From: the human T2T-CHM13v2.0 reference genome, Homo sapiens
DNA length: 64,000 bases
Reading direction: 5' to 3' (one strand)
Assembly: GCF_009914755.1 (NCBI RefSeq)
Contig: NC_060947.1
The translations under genes and the position numbers were made by a program. Below the pieces are notes generated by a model. It searched no databases, was not told the DNA's origin, and was given only the letters and a program-made list of their open reading frames with translations. Positions 1 through 13,790 of this stretch are shown here, piece after piece (the stretch's first letter is position 1; each line of letters opens with the position of its first letter).

Positions 1-1310
1 TAAGTCTACTTATTTTAGGGTATAGTTTAAGTCCATTGTTTCTTGGTTGACTTTTTTTTTTTACTGAAGATCTGTCTAGTATTGTAAGTGGAGTATTAAA
101 GTCCCCCACTATTATTGTGCTGCTATCTATCTCATTTCTTAGGTCTAGTAGAAATTGTTTTATAAATTTGGGGCTCCAGTGCTAGGTACATATGAATTTA
201 GGATTGTAATTTCTTCCTGCTGTACAAATTATTTTATCTTTATATACTGTTCTTGTCTTCTTTTTTTACTGTTTTTGCTTGAAAGTCCGTTTTTTTTTCT
301 GATATAAGAATAGCACTTCTGCTCACTTTGGGTTTCCTTTTGTGGGGCGTATATTTTTTCACCCCTTTACTTGAAGTTTATATGAGTCCTTATGTGTTAG
401 GTGAGTCTCTTGAAGACAGCAGATACTTGGTAGATTTTTATCCATACTGCTATGCTGTATCTTATCTTTTAAGTGGAGCATTTAGGCCATTTACATTCAG
501 AATGAATATTGAGATGTGAGGCAGTATTCTATTCATCATGTTAGTTGTTTCCTAGTTACCTTTTTTTAACTGTGATATTGTTTTATAGATCCTGTGAGAT
601 TTATGCTTTAAGGATTGGGTCATATCAAGCTTTTGTCTCAACATTTAGAACTCCTTTTAGAATTTCTTGTAGAGCTGATTTGGTAGTGACAAATTTCTTC
701 AGCATTTGTTTGTTTGAAAAAGACTTTACCTCTCCTTCATTGATGAATCTTGGTTTTACTGGATACCAAATTCTTAGCTAACAATTATGTTGTTTAAGGA
801 AACTAAAGATATGACCTCAATCCCATCTGGCTTTTAAGGTTTCTGCTGAGAAGTCTGCTGTTAGTCTGATACGCTTTCCTTTTTAGGTTATCTAAGCTTT
901 TGTCTCACAGCTCTTAAAATTGTTTCCTTCATGTTGACTTTAGATAGCATGATGACTATGTGCCTTGGTGATGATCATTTTGCAATGATTTTCCCAGAAG
1001 TTCTTTGAGCTTCTTTTATTTGGACATCTAGATCTCTAGCAAGGCCAGAAAGTTTTCTTCAATTATTTTCTCATATAAATTTTCTAAACTTTTAGACTTT
1101 TCTATCTCAGAAACATCAATTATCCTTAGGTTGTAATTTATTTTAAATTTCTTTAAGGTACTTTTACCTTTCTCTGGTATCTCCTTGAGTAGCTTAATTA
1201 TCAACCTTCTGAAGTCTTTATCTAGCATTTCAGAATTGTCATCTTGGTTTAGATCTATTGATGGGGAACACTTATTATACTGCAGAGTTTGTATGAGTTC
1301 ATTTCTCAGA
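1..1310 (-). mobile_element. Old L1 fragment (L1PB/L1MA-like): ORF2 endonuclease start and ORF1 relic
   Basis: Antisense L1 EN-region sequence (gtcccccactattattgtg); ORF 1028..1375(-) carries ORF1p-like motifs NLRII..E and EKIIEENF. Confidence 0.85.
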
Positions 1311-1349
1311 CCACCTATACTGTAATCATCTTTGTCATTATAACATATA

Positions 1350-1477
1350 ATATAGATTCTTTGTCCAGACACCAAGCATGCCCAATCAAAATCTCAGAGA
1401 GGAGAGGACTGAAACTGCTCTTTTTAACAAGCTGTCCAAATGATATGATGCATGTATACCTAATTTTGAGAACCATA
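1350..1477. mobile_element. MER5A-like hAT-Charlie DNA transposon fragment
   Basis: aatcaaaatctc...ttttaacaagctgtccaaatgat...ttttgagaacca resembles the MER5A 3' half. Confidence 0.6.
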
Positions 1478-2779
1478 ACAATAGAGGGTAGTTAAGTCTT
1501 GAAAATTAGCCTTTTGTTAAGCTCTACTTTTTCCCTTCATGCTATTACTTAAGTTTTGCCTAACTTTAGAGAGTTCTTAACTTAGAAGGGCTACCAGTCG
1601 GTTCATCATTAGTATAGTTGTCAAAGGAAGCTTTTTGACAGCCCCTTACTAGATCAACCACAGGTTTGAAGAATACCTCATACCCATACTGCTTCTACCA
1701 AAAAACACACCACTTCCCCACCAACCATAGCCTCTGCTGGGGGCTGCAAATCTATTAGATTAATTTCTTAAGGAAATCCTTGATGATTTGTCCCTTGATT
1801 AGGTTAAAATATGATATTGCACAGGATAATTAATGTATTTGGTTAATGTTCTAATTTTCAGAGAGAAGGGCCCTGATGGTGTGAGACACAGATAAATTCT
1901 AATAGAGAAGAACAGAGGAAAGATCTGCAACATTGTATTACTTCACATGGAAAGCCAGAAGAATCAAGAGATTACACAACATCCATATATGGTGATATTT
2001 TTGATAAGGGAAGAAGTGTCAAAAAGCCAAAAATATATGTGTGAGATTCACCAAAAGAGAGGAAGATAATAAAACAAAATATGCCTTATTCAAAGCTGTG
2101 AGACATTATTACTAAGGAATTCACCACATTTATTCAAAATGCCATCTCAGCATCATGTATCCCTATATTTTGTTTAAATTTTGAACCTAAACAAGTTTTC
2201 TAGCTATTTCAAATGTTTTGCATACTTCTGTGCACTTGTAATTTAAATTTTACAGTTTCAAACGTGAAGTTAAAAAAAACCTAAGGTAATGTACCAAAAT
2301 GATCTATTATATTCAGGGCCATATGAAATTATTCAAATTAACCTTTTTGAATGTTGAACATTTTTGTTTTAGATTAGATTAGGTTGTGCTTAAAGGATAG
2401 CCCAGTTGAATAGCAGGTAAAATCAGGCATTAAGGTACAAACCTTTGAAATTTGTTCTTTTCAAGAGGTTCAAAAAAGCTTCATAAATCTCTCTTTATGG
2501 GGAAAAATATCAAATTTATTTAAGAACACTAAGAACTCTCAATTGTACATTTCAAGCCAGAAATATAATATGTTTCTTGCTGATAAAATTGCTTAAGTAA
2601 CTCCTAAAATTATTATCTTCTCTTGGAAATCTCAGCTTATGCACATATATATACTATTGTCTTTCTTCTCTAAAGTTATTATGTAGCAGAATTTAAAAGC
2701 ACTGATAAGGAAAAGTGTCTGTTTAGGTACATTCTGTGTCCATACTTGCTGTTCTATTTTCTTCAAGATGTTAAAATTA

Positions 2780-3230
2780 ATCATTGATTAATAAGTTGTT
2801 GGTGCCTTACCCTGTGCTCTGTATACTTGTAGTAACTGAAAGAAGATTTGGAGTGGGAGTTGAAGCTCAACTAAAAATGCACGATTAGCTCACTGCCATA
2901 GAGGAGTTGACACAATCAAGTTGCTGAGAAGAGACATGGACATATAACTCAAGGTGAGGGAAACAGACAATAGGATATAATTATGAGCCATGTGCTTACT
3001 AGTATGCTTAAGAACTATATAAGGTCAAAAAAGGGAGAAAGTTGGCTGAGATAGTCATAGCAAGCTATACGGAAGAGGTGAGGCTTTAGCTCAACACTGA
3101 AGGATGGGTAAAAATTGAATAGGAGGAAATAAAGAAATGGCATACTGAGCAAGATCAGCATAAAAAGTAAGAGGAATGATAAGTCTTCAATACTATTTCG
3201 TGAAGCAGTAGAGAGGTAAAGTGGAATATT
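2780..3230 (-). mobile_element. L2 3' fragment, highly decayed
   Basis: ggaagaggtgaggctttagctcaacactgaaggatgggta resembles the antisense L2 3' region. Confidence 0.55.
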
Positions 3231-3836
3231 CAGTGGTAAAGATATTGTTATTTTCTTTAATTTCCAACATTTGACAGAATCATTATTATTAGCAGCATAA
3301 TGCCTTAGTACAATTTATTTTTAGTGAACATGACTCAGCACAGTAACACTGAAAAAATTAACATAGAGAGAGAGAAATAAAGAGAAAAAAATATTAAAAT
3401 TATATAGCTGCTCACTTAAAAAGGGCATGTTCAGGAGAAGAAAATTGGTTGATTAAGGAATATTGATAATGCCCAAATGTTGTGACAGTGTTAGAATTAG
3501 AAATTTGGCTTGAACCACATGAGCAAGCTATTCTTACCTAATTACGCTGCAGTGAATTCATTTGCCTTAGGAAATTTTATTTTTCAGGTTATTTCTCAAT
3601 TTTATGATATCATCCTATATTTCTTATGTCTTTTACCTTCAAATTTATGAAACCCTTTTATATTATCTTGCTATTTTGTCTTCATTCAGTTGATTCTCAA
3701 ACCACCACAACCTGCATTTTGTTCTCAATGTAATAGTAAACCTTGTATTAATTTGGATTATTAATACATCCTGTCGAACTTAATAGTAACTTCTAATACT
3801 AATATAAATAGTTTTGACACTAATAGAAGTATAACA

Positions 3837-6800
3837 CTTTTTTTTTCTTTCAACTTTCTTTTAGATCCAAGGGGGTACATGTGCAGGTTTCTTACATGGG
3901 TAAATTCTGTGTCATGGGGTTTGTTGTATAGATAATTTTGTGACACAGGTCATCAGCATAGTGCCTGATAGCTTTTTAATAGTCATCCTTCTCCCACCCT
4001 CCAACCTCAGGTAGGCTCCAGTTGCTACTGTTTCCTTCTTTGTGTCCATGTGTACTTCATGCTTCAGGACATAGGCATGGGCAAAGACGTCACGACTAAA
4101 ACACCAAAAGCAATGGCAACAAAAGCCAAAACTGACAAGCGGGATCTGATTAAACTAAAGAGCTTCTGCACAACAAAAGAAACTATCATCAGAGTGAACA
4201 GGCCACCTACAGAATGGGAGAAAATTTTTGCAATCTATCCATCTGACAAAGGGTTAATATCCAGACTCTACAAGGAACTTAAATTTACAAGAAAAAAAAC
4301 AAACAACCGCATCAAAAAGTGGGCGAATGATAACATTTATGTGGCCAACAAACATATGAAAAAAATCTCATCATCACTGGTCATTGGAGAAATGCAAATC
4401 AAGACCACAGTGTGATACAATCTGACACCAGTTAGAATGGCGATCATTAAAATGTCAGGAAACTACACGGAATACTATGCAGCCATAAGAATGAATGAAA
4501 TCATGTCCTTTGAAGCAACATGGATGGCAGCTATTATGCTAAGTGAATTAACACAGGAACAGAACCTAATACCACATGTTCTCACTTGTAGGTGAGAGCT
4601 AAGCATTAATGGGGTTGTTTGATTTTGGCTCAATTTGTTTAAGTTTCTTATAGATTTTGGATATTAGACCTTTCTCAGATGTATAGTTTGCAAATATTTT
4701 CTCACATTCTATAGGTTGTCTGTTTGCTCTGTTGATAGTTTCTTCTGTTGTACAGAAGCTCTTGTTTAATTAAGTCTCACTTGTCAATGTTTGTTTTTGC
4801 TGCAATTGCTTTTGGTGTCTTCATCATGAAATCTGTGCCCATTCCTATGTCCAAAATGGTATTACCTGGCTTGTCTTCCAGGGTTTTTATGGTTTTGGGT
4901 TTATATTTAAGTCTTTAATACATCTTGATCTGATTTTTGTATATGGTAAATGGTAGGAATCCAGCTTTAATCTTCTGCATGTGGTTATTCAGTTATCCTA
5001 GCACCATTTATTGAACAGGAAATCCCTTCTTCATTATTCATTACTGTTGGTTTTCTGTAAGATTAAATGGCTGTAGTCGTACAGCCATATTTCTGGGTTC
5101 TCTAACCTATTTCATTGGTTTATATGCCTGTTTTTGTTTTGTACCAGTATCAAGTTATTTTAGTTATAGTAGCCTCATAGTATAGTTTGAAACCATGTAT
5201 ACCTCCAGCTTTTTTTTTTTTTTTCCTTAGGGTTGCTTTGGCTATTCAGGATCTTTTTGGTTTCAAGTGAATTTTAGATTTTTTTTTTCTAGTTCTATGT
5301 AAATTATTTTTGGTAGTTTGATAGAAATAGCATTGAATCTGTAAATTGCTTTGGATAGTATGGCCCTTTTAACAGTATCACAATATTGATTCTGCCTATT
5401 TGTGAGCATGGAACGTTTTCCCATTTGTTTGTGTCATCTCTCATATCTTCCAGAAGTGTTTTGTGATTCTCATTGTAGAGATCTTTTACATCCCCGGTTA
5501 GCTATATTCCTAGGTATTTTGTTAATTTTGCAGCTATTGTGAATAAGATTGCATTCCTGATTTGGTTCCTATCTTGGATTTTATTAGTGTATAGAAATGT
5601 TTCTAAATTTTGTGCATTTATTTTGTATTCTGAAACTTTGCTGAAGTTGTTTATCAGATCTATAATTCACATTGTCTGTGAAGAGAGATACTTCCTCTCT
5701 ATTTGGATGCTTTTTTTTTTTCTTCTTGCCTGATTGCTCTACCTAAGACCTCCAGTACAGTGTTGAATAGGAGTTGTGAGAGTGAGAGTGGGATTCCTTG
5801 TTTTCTTTTGGTTCTCAAGGGGAATGCTTCCAGCTTTAGACTATTCAGTATGATGTTTGCTATGTGTCATAGATGGCTCTTATTCTTTTGAAGTATATAC
5901 TTTGAATGTCTAGTTTGTTGTGGGTTAATAACATGAAAGGATGCTGAATTTTATCAAAAGCTTTATGTGCATCTGTTGAGATGATCATGTAGTTTTTGTC
6001 TTTAGTTCTGCTTACGTGATAGATCACATTTACTGATTTGTGTATAATGAACCAACCTTGCATCCCAGGGGTGGAGCCTACTTGATCATGGTGAATAAGC
6101 TTTTTGATGTGATGCTGGATTTTGATTGCCAGTATTTTCTTGAGCATTTTTGCATTGATGTTCATCAGGAATATTGGCCTGAAATTTTCATTTATTGTTG
6201 TATCTCTGCCAGGTTTTGGTATCAAAATGATGCTGGTCTCATAGAAGGAGATAGGGAGGTGTCCCTCCTCCTCAATTTTTTGAAATGGTTTCAGCAGGAA
6301 TGGTACCAGCTCTTTTTTGTATGTCTGGTAGATTTGGCTATGAATTCATATGGTTCAGGGCTTTTCCTGATTGGTAGGTTTTTATTACCAATTCAATTTG
6401 GGAACTATTATTTATCTGTCAGGGATTCAATTTCTTCTTTTTCAATCTTGGGGGCTTGTATATTTCTAGAAAGTTATCAATTTATTCAATGTTATCTAAG
6501 TTGTGTGTGTAGCAGTATTTGTAATATTCTTTGAGGATTTTGTATTTCTGTGGGCTTAGTGGTGATGTCCTCCTTGTCATTTCTGATTTTATTTGGATAT
6601 TGTCTCTTTTTTTCTAAATTAGCTTAGCTAGCACCATATCTATCTTATTCATTTTTTTCAAAGAACCAACTTTTGGTTTTGCTGATCTTTTGTATGGCTT
6701 CTCTCATCTCTATTTCAGTTAGTTCAGGCCTTATTTTGGTTATTTATTTTCTTCTGCTAGCTATAGGGTTGGTTTGCTTTTGTTTTTCTAGGTCCTTTAG

Positions 6801-8825
6801 GTGTAATGTTAGTTTAATAATTTGAGATCTTTCAAAGTTTTTGATGTGGGTGTTCAAAACTATCAAATTTTCTCTTAACACTACATTAGCTGTGTCCCAG
6901 AGATTCTGCTATGCTTTATTTTCGTTTCCATTAGTTTCAAAGAATTTCTTGTTTTCTGTCTTAATTTCATTGTTTATCCAAAAGTCATTTAAGAGCAGAT
7001 TGTTTAACTTCCATGTGATTGTATGGTTTTGAGAGATCTTGGTTTTGATTTCTATTTTTACTGTGCTATGGTCTGAGAGTGTGGGTGGTATGATTTTTTA
7101 AAAAATTTTCTTGAGATCTGCTTTATGGTTGAGGGTTTGACCAATTTTAAAGTATGTGCCATGTGCAGATAAAAGTAATGTACATTCCGTTGTTGTTGGC
7201 TGGAATGTTCTGTAGACGTATGTTAGGCCCATTTTGTCACGTGTCAAATTTAGAACCCAAATATCATTGTTAGTGTTCTTTCTCAATGATCTGTCCATTT
7301 TTGTCTGTGGGGTGTTGAAGTCTCTCGCTATTATTGTTTGGTTATTTATATCTCTTTGTAAGTCTCTATGCACTTGTTTTATCAATCTGTGTACTCCAGT
7401 TTTAGGTGCATATTTAGTATAGGTTAAGTCTTCTTGTTGAATTGAATACTTTATCATTATGAAATGCCCTTCTTTTTCATTGTTTTTGATATAATATCTT
7501 TTGTTCTAAAATAAAAATAGTGACATCTTCTCTCTTTTTGTTTTATGTTTGTTTTGATAGACAGTTCTCCATCCCTTTACTTTGAGCCTATGGTTGCCCT
7601 TGCATGGGAGATGGGTCTCTTGAAGATAGCATAGAGTTGGTCCTGATTTTTTATCCAACTTGCCAGTCTGTGGCTTTCAAGTGGGAATGATTGGCTCATT
7701 TCCTTTCAAGGTTAATATTGATATGTGAGGATTTGATCCTTTCATTTTGTTATTAGCTGGTTGTTATGTAGACTTGATTGTGTATTAGCTTTATAGTTTC
7801 AATTGTCTATGTACTGGAGTGTGGTTTTGTGGTGGCTGCTAATGGTCTGTTGGTTCCACATTTAGCACTCCCTTAAGAACCTCTTGTGAGGCAGGTCTGA
7901 TGGTAATAAATTGTCTTAGCATTTGCTTATCTACAAATAATTTTATTGATCCTTCACTTAAGAAGCTTAGTTTGGTTAGATATGAAATTCTTGTTTGGAA
8001 TTTTTTTTCTTTAAAACTGCTGAATATAGGACCCTTAATTTCTTCTGGCTTGTAGGGTTTCTGCTGAAAGGTCATGTGTTGCTTCATTTCTGGGTGTTTT
8101 CAGGAGACATATGAAACATCAGATGTCTGATGGTTTCTCTGTATTTCCTCATGTTTGCAGCCATGCTCCCTCTCAGTGCTCTGAGAGTGTGGACTCCTTT
8201 CCTACTTCAGTGCTGGCCACAGACCTTGGCTTGGCACTTCCAGTCTGTGCACTGCAGGCCTGGGGCAAGCTTAGACTTTTTGCTTACTCCTCAGCTTAGA
8301 GAAAGCAAAGTTGGAGACATTGGCAGTGGCAATGGCAAAGCACCTTTCACTAGTGTCTTAGGGCTCCACTCCAGAGAAACACAGAGCCTTGGCAAGTTGG
8401 ATTGATCAGCCTAGGGTGGGAAGACTGTGTTGTGAGCCCAAGATAGGAAGCCCTGTGTGGTGAAGAGTAGGAGATTTGAGGGGCTTATGGAGAAAACAGT
8501 CTAACCTTTTTTTTTGTAGAGTGACTGCAATGTGCTGGAGGTCCAAGCACTCAGGCTCTCTGTTTCTTCCCTAGCCCAAGGGCAGTAAGGATAGTACCAC
8601 TGCATTGGTAGTGGCGGAGGGGCTGTCAGTTGTCTCTAAGAACACCACCCCAGAGAGACAGAGCCACTTCCAATGGGAATGTTTAGCCGGGGTGGTGTGA
8701 CTGTGCTGTGGGACCAAATCTGGGGCCCTACCCTGTGAAGAGTGAGGGAAGAGTCTTACAAGGAAGGAGACTGGGCTCCTCCCTGTATGGTGTCTGCAGT
8801 GTGCTGGAGGTTCCAGTAAAATGAT
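3837..8825 (-). mobile_element. Long L1PA13-16-like element (3'UTR to 5'UTR) with deletions and an inverted/patched segment at 4057-4607
   Basis: Poly(T) start and 3'UTR gggggtacatgtgcaggttt; ORF2 RT relic 5860..6225 ([22 protein letters not shown]); EN relic 7098..7457; ORF1 C-terminal relic 7839..8087; GC-richer 5'UTR-like sequence 8090-8825. Confidence 0.9.
4063..4463 (+). mobile_element. Younger L1PA (about PA7/8) ORF2 C-terminal fragment inside the older L1
   Basis: ORF 4050..4415 [47 protein letters not shown] is ORF2p C-terminal sequence. Confidence 0.85.
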
Positions 8826-8870
8826 CAGTTTTGGGTATGTTTTATCAGCAGTGTGAAAATGGACTAATAC
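8826..8870 (+). mobile_element. Orphan 3' terminus of a THE1/MST (MaLR) LTR
   Basis: gggtatgttttatcagcagtgtgaaaatggactaataca matches the THE1 LTR end (compare 33375-33415). Confidence 0.8.
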
Positions 8871-11429
8871 AAGCATTTCACACAAAGTTAAAAAGATTAC
8901 TTCAGACTTCTTTAGTTTATGCAGTTAATAGTCACAAACATTTCAGCCCTCCATGAATCCTGAAAGATTTTCTTTTATTCTAACATCACAATTTCTAAAG
9001 TGATTAGAAACCTGCATTTAATGACACCTGTTAGAGTTCTATAGCTGACTATAAACCACCTTCTAAAGAGGATTAAAACCAGACAACAATGATCTGTGGA
9101 TGATAAAAAGCCTTAGGACAGCCACCATCAAAAACACAATTGACAAAGAAATTTGGTTACCTTTGTGGCATATAAAAGTTTACATAAAAATTATAACTAT
9201 TAATAACATACACTAAGCCATATTAGAATTATAGGAGTTTCCCATGATTTGGAACATATACCAAATATTAATGCAAATACAGCCCAAAGAACACTAAACA
9301 CAATTTCATATTTGACAATGCTTTCAGTATGATTTTTATACCAAATACGCCAAATGTCACCATTGCATTAGTGCATTATTGACATCAAACCCAATTCTTA
9401 AGAAAAGCTTATAGACAAATATGTTTAATCTTAATTAGTTTGACCATAAGGTAAGATTCTTTTAAACATTTTATAACTCTTTACAATTTTTTTGTTAAAG
9501 AGCATATTATAAGCAGGTTTTTGCTCTAAGAAAAACCTGTTGTGCTTTTACTTTAATGCTTAATTTATAGAAAAACCGAATAATACCCCTTTAACTTTAG
9601 CCAAAATGTTCACACACAGAATTAATTTCTTTTACAATTAATTTTTCACAAACCTTCCACAACTTGTTTAAACCTTCAGCTTTATCCTAACTTAAAACAA
9701 TTTTTAACCCTTTAATTTAGGCAGAAAAAAAATCTACATTCCCATCACTTCTTATAATCTTTTACCAAAAGTATTAATATATTCTACTTCCCTTACACAC
9801 TTCATGTGTAGAACTGTTTTTTCAGTAGTCTGAAATACATGTTACAATGTTAACTCTCAGTGACTTTTACTTTTGGTGAAAACCTTGGTAAATTTGGGAT
9901 TTTAATTATGTACTAGGTGTGTAGCCTAGCCTAGGACACACCAGGCAGAAGTGCAGGTAAGGGTCTTTCTAACTCCACATGTCCTAGGTCTTACCTAGCT
10001 GTAAAGCAGGCAAGTTGTACAGTTGAGTCATAGCGGCATTTTATGAAGAATTTTCTTTGCATAGTTAGAGGGCATGGCTAATTCCACATGTCCCCAGGCC
10101 TTATCTAGAATCTAATGTTTCAAGGTAGGTAAATTAAACAATTTTCAAAAGTCAAAGAAGCAGTTTATGACCTTAAAGCATTTAGTAAACTTAATATCTG
10201 ACCTATGTAATTTAGACCAAATGTTTATATTTTTGAAGATATTTTTGTTTTACCAATAATCTTTAAAACTATCTTTATTTCCAAAAGATTATTAAAGTCA
10301 TATGAACTAAAAGGCATTACACTTTTTACTTTTCTGGCAAAATATCTGATTTAACCACTTATTATTTTTAAGCCAATTAAAGCTTTTTTTTATGTTACAC
10401 ACACAACACATATAAATACACAGACAGACAGAAGATAAAGGACTCATTTATTCTCTAAGCCAGGAATTGGACTCTGAACTCAGGACACCATTGTGAAAAG
10501 AGAAAGGATGGCCATAGGTTTACAAGGTCAAGCTCCCAAGGACATACAAGACAAGAAGGAAACCTCATCCAGATTTTTTCAGGTAATTGCAATGAAGTTT
10601 GTAACTGAGCAGTCTGCTGGGCTGTCTTGAAAAGCGGGCTTACAAGTGCCTTAAGCCTGTGTTCTATTCTAAGGTACTCCCTCCATTACAGAACACAGAA
10701 AGACACACAAAGCACACCAAATTCACTACAGTTAATCAAAACTTTACAGAGAAGATAAACAGTGATTTTTACCGTTCATTCAACCAGCTTGCACAGAGAG
10801 AGAGAGAGAGGAGAGCATTGCCTGAGGCAGGATGGGGAAGGGGAGGCACTCAGGGAGGCCAGAGGAAGACCCATTCATTACAGTCAACACTGAAAAGTTC
10901 AGGTGGCTGCTTGTCATTTGTGAAGGGATCTTTTCCAGCAGTCACATCAGCTCTCAAATTTCCCCTTTTTTGGGAGGAAAAAGCTCCCTATGTCCCATGA
11001 TCCTGTGCATACCTAATCCTGTCACCCACAACTGTCAGCAAAGAGTACAAGGCAGATTATTCTAAAGAGAATAGAAGTTAACATCCCGCAGTGCCAAACC
11101 CGTTCTTAGACAAGAGAGATTTTACAAGTGGGACTTTACTGAGAGGGGCGCCTAATCCCCTAAATCTTAGAAGGGACTCTAATCCTCTTAAGTTGGGCCT
11201 CCAACCCAAGGCCCTTCAAGCGTCCTTGCCTTTTATTAAGAGGGCCCTCCAACCCAGTCCATCCTAGGAGACACTCTAACTCCCTTAAGTTGGGCCTCTA
11301 ACCCAATCCCATTCTTTACCTGGATATATGCACCCCACTTACCCAAAGTTGGACAATCAGTGCTGCAGTCTATTTCCTTTGAGTGGGAGGGGTCTCCTCA
11401 GTATTGTTGCTTCATGGTCACCAGAAAGA
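8871..11429 (-). mobile_element. ERV1 MER41/MER4-group internal region, truncated
   Basis: Abuts the MER41 LTR through a PBS; 8871-9060 is visibly homologous to the reverse complement of 59340-59560. Confidence 0.8.
11406..11423 (-). promoter_or_regulatory. Primer-binding site, tRNA-Arg type (CpG-decayed)
   Basis: Minus strand TGGTGACCATGAAGCAAC vs expected TGGCGACCACGAAGGGAC, a few nt after the LTR end. Confidence 0.7.
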
Positions 11430-11985
11430 TGTTCAGGAAAGGGATGTTGATCCAGACCCCAAGAAAGAGTTCTCGGATCTCATGCAACAAAGAATTCAGG
11501 GCAAGTTTGTAGAGTAAAGTGAAAGCAAGTTTATTAGGAAAGTAAAGGAATAAAAGAATGGCTACTCCATAGACAGAGCAGTCCCAAGGGCTGCTGGTTG
11601 CCCATTTTTATGGTTCTGGTTATTTCTTGATGATATGCTAAACAAGGGGAGGATTATTCATGCCTCCCCTTTCTAAACCATACAGGTAACTTCCTGACGT
11701 TGCCATGGCATTTGTAAACTGCCATAGCAATGGTGGGAGTGTAGCAGTGAGGATGGCTAGAGGTAACTCTTGTGGCCATCTTGGTTTTGGTGGGATTTAG
11801 CTGGCTTCCTTACTGCAACCTGTTTTATCAGCAAGGTCTTTATGATCTGTATCTTGTGCCAAACTCCTATCTCATCCTGTGACAAAATGCCTTAACCATC
11901 TGAGAATGCAGCCCAGTAGGTTTCAGCCTCATTGTACCTAGCTTCTATTCAACATGGTGTTGCTTTGGTTCATACGCCTCTGACA
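11430..11985 (-). mobile_element. MER41A-type LTR (5' LTR of the truncated provirus)
   Basis: TG...CA ends; minus strand starts tgtcagaggcgtatgaacc; lacks the GAS-containing segment seen in the 16.8 kb copy. Confidence 0.85.
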
Positions 11986-12184
11986 CAGGTCTACATTAAC
12001 CTAAAATCTAGTCTCTGTCTACTCTACTACACTGTTATGACACAGGAAGTAAAGGACTAACCTCATTTTCTGTAGATTGTGAATGTGAACCTTGCATAGG
12101 ACAAAATACTTTCACTGCATAGACATTTTTTAAAAATTTATCTATTCATTTATTCACTCATTCTTTTCATTTTTTAATCATCCT

Positions 12185-12802
12185 ATAGAAAAAGCTTCCC
12201 TTTTTGCCTCTGAAGATTCATTGAAAATCATTGGCAAAAGGGAGATTCATAGAAGAAAATGTATACAAATTTATGTGTTTATAGTTTTATAAGAAATGAG
12301 AGGCTTCAGACTGAAGACCCAAAGACACAGGGGAAGTTGTCCATTTTTATGCATAGGTGTAGACATGTAGAAATATGATTAGATAATCTTAACAGGCTGA
12401 AAGGGGAAACCCAGCAATTTCTGTCCATTTACATGCTTTTTGGCCTCTCTATGCAGTATTCTTTCTTTCTGTGTGTGGGGCAGAATTCTTTCTGGAGGGA
12501 GGGTGTTATTACCTTCAACCAAACATGGTAGCTTAGATTATGTCCTTATGACCTGATTTTACAAAGAAAGGCAGAAGGAGAGTTAGAGTAATATTTTTAG
12601 GCTTTATGGCTAGCTTTGGGGAAAAAAGATTCTGGTTTGTAAGACTTGCATTGAAGAAGAGGGATTCTAGTTTCTATTTCTAGCCTCAGGCAAGAATGAG
12701 GGGGTCAGAAACAGGAGGGCAGAAAAAATCAGAGAGAAAAATTTGCTTCTGAAGCTATTTCTGGGGACTTCATCTTGGAGTATGGTTTATCAAGTCCCAG
12801 TA
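12185..12802 (-). mobile_element. ERV1 LTR, MER39/MER34-like
   Basis: gaagacccaaagacacaggggaagttgtccatttttatgc and tttgcttctgaagctatttctggggacttcatc resemble this group. Confidence 0.6.
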
Positions 12803-13066
12803 ATCCATTTAGCTACCAATTTATTACATAAGCACAGTATGTTCTAGTGTGGAAGATTTCAATAACTTGGTTTAGCTAGGAAAACCTTGGGTCACATACA
12901 CTACAATTAATTTTTTTAATAAAATAGATTAAAAATAGAATGTTTCTGGTTGAAATTCAGGTTTGAGTGACTTAAAATAATTTATTCAATATAGTTATAA
13001 GTACGTGTCAAAGTATTGTTTCAAATTTGTAAGAGGGGAGACCTAAAACAGGTCCAGGTCAATTCA

Positions 13067-13407
13067 TCGAGAGTAGAAGGATGGCTACAGGAAGCTAGGA
13101 AGGGTTGCCAGGGATTGGAGGAGAGTTGGGGATGTTTAATGGTACAGAAAAATAAAAAGAATAAATAAGACCTAATATTTAATAGCATAATAGGGTGATG
13201 ATACTCAATAATAACTGTACATTTTAAAATAAAGATTGTAGGTGGATTGTTTTTTAACTCAAAAGATAAATGCTTGAGGAGATACATACCCCATTCTCCA
13301 TGATAGGCTCATTTCACATTGCATGCCTGTATCAAATCATCTTATGTACCCTATAAATATATACACCTAAAATGTACCCATAAAAATTACAAATAAAAAC
13401 AAAAAAG
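13067..13407 (+). mobile_element. 5'-truncated L1MA 3' end
   Basis: L1MA-type 3'UTR and A-rich tail; 11-bp TSD aggtcaattca at 13056-13066 and 13408-13418. Confidence 0.85.
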
Positions 13408-13480
13408 AGGTCAATTCAAATATAACCTCCAACTAGAACATTTTCATAGAAAAATAGAATTATTAGAAAATTATTGTTAA

Positions 13481-13790
13481 GGCAGGTGTGGTGGCTAAAA
13501 CCTGTAATCCCAATACTTTGGAAGGCTGAGGTAGGAAGATGGCTTGGGCACAGTAGTTAGATCAGCCTGGGAAACACAGTGAGACCCTGTCTCTAAATTT
13601 TTAAAAAATATAGCCAAGCAATTTGGTACATGCCTATGGTTTCAGCTACTTAAGAGACTGAGGCAGGAGAATCTGTTGAGCCCAGGAGGTCAAGGCTACA
13701 GTGAGCTGTGATTGCACCATGGCACTCTAGCCTGGATAACAAAGTAAACGCCTGTCTTAAAAAAGAAAGAAAGAAAGAAAAAAAAAAAAA
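13481..13790 (+). mobile_element. AluJ
   Basis: Dimeric Alu with J-type gagcccaggaggtcaaggctacagtgagc and an A tail. Confidence 0.9.

Noticed and set aside
4050-8087. Active L1 ORF1/ORF2
   Set aside because: Fragmented by stops, frameshifts, deletions and an inversion
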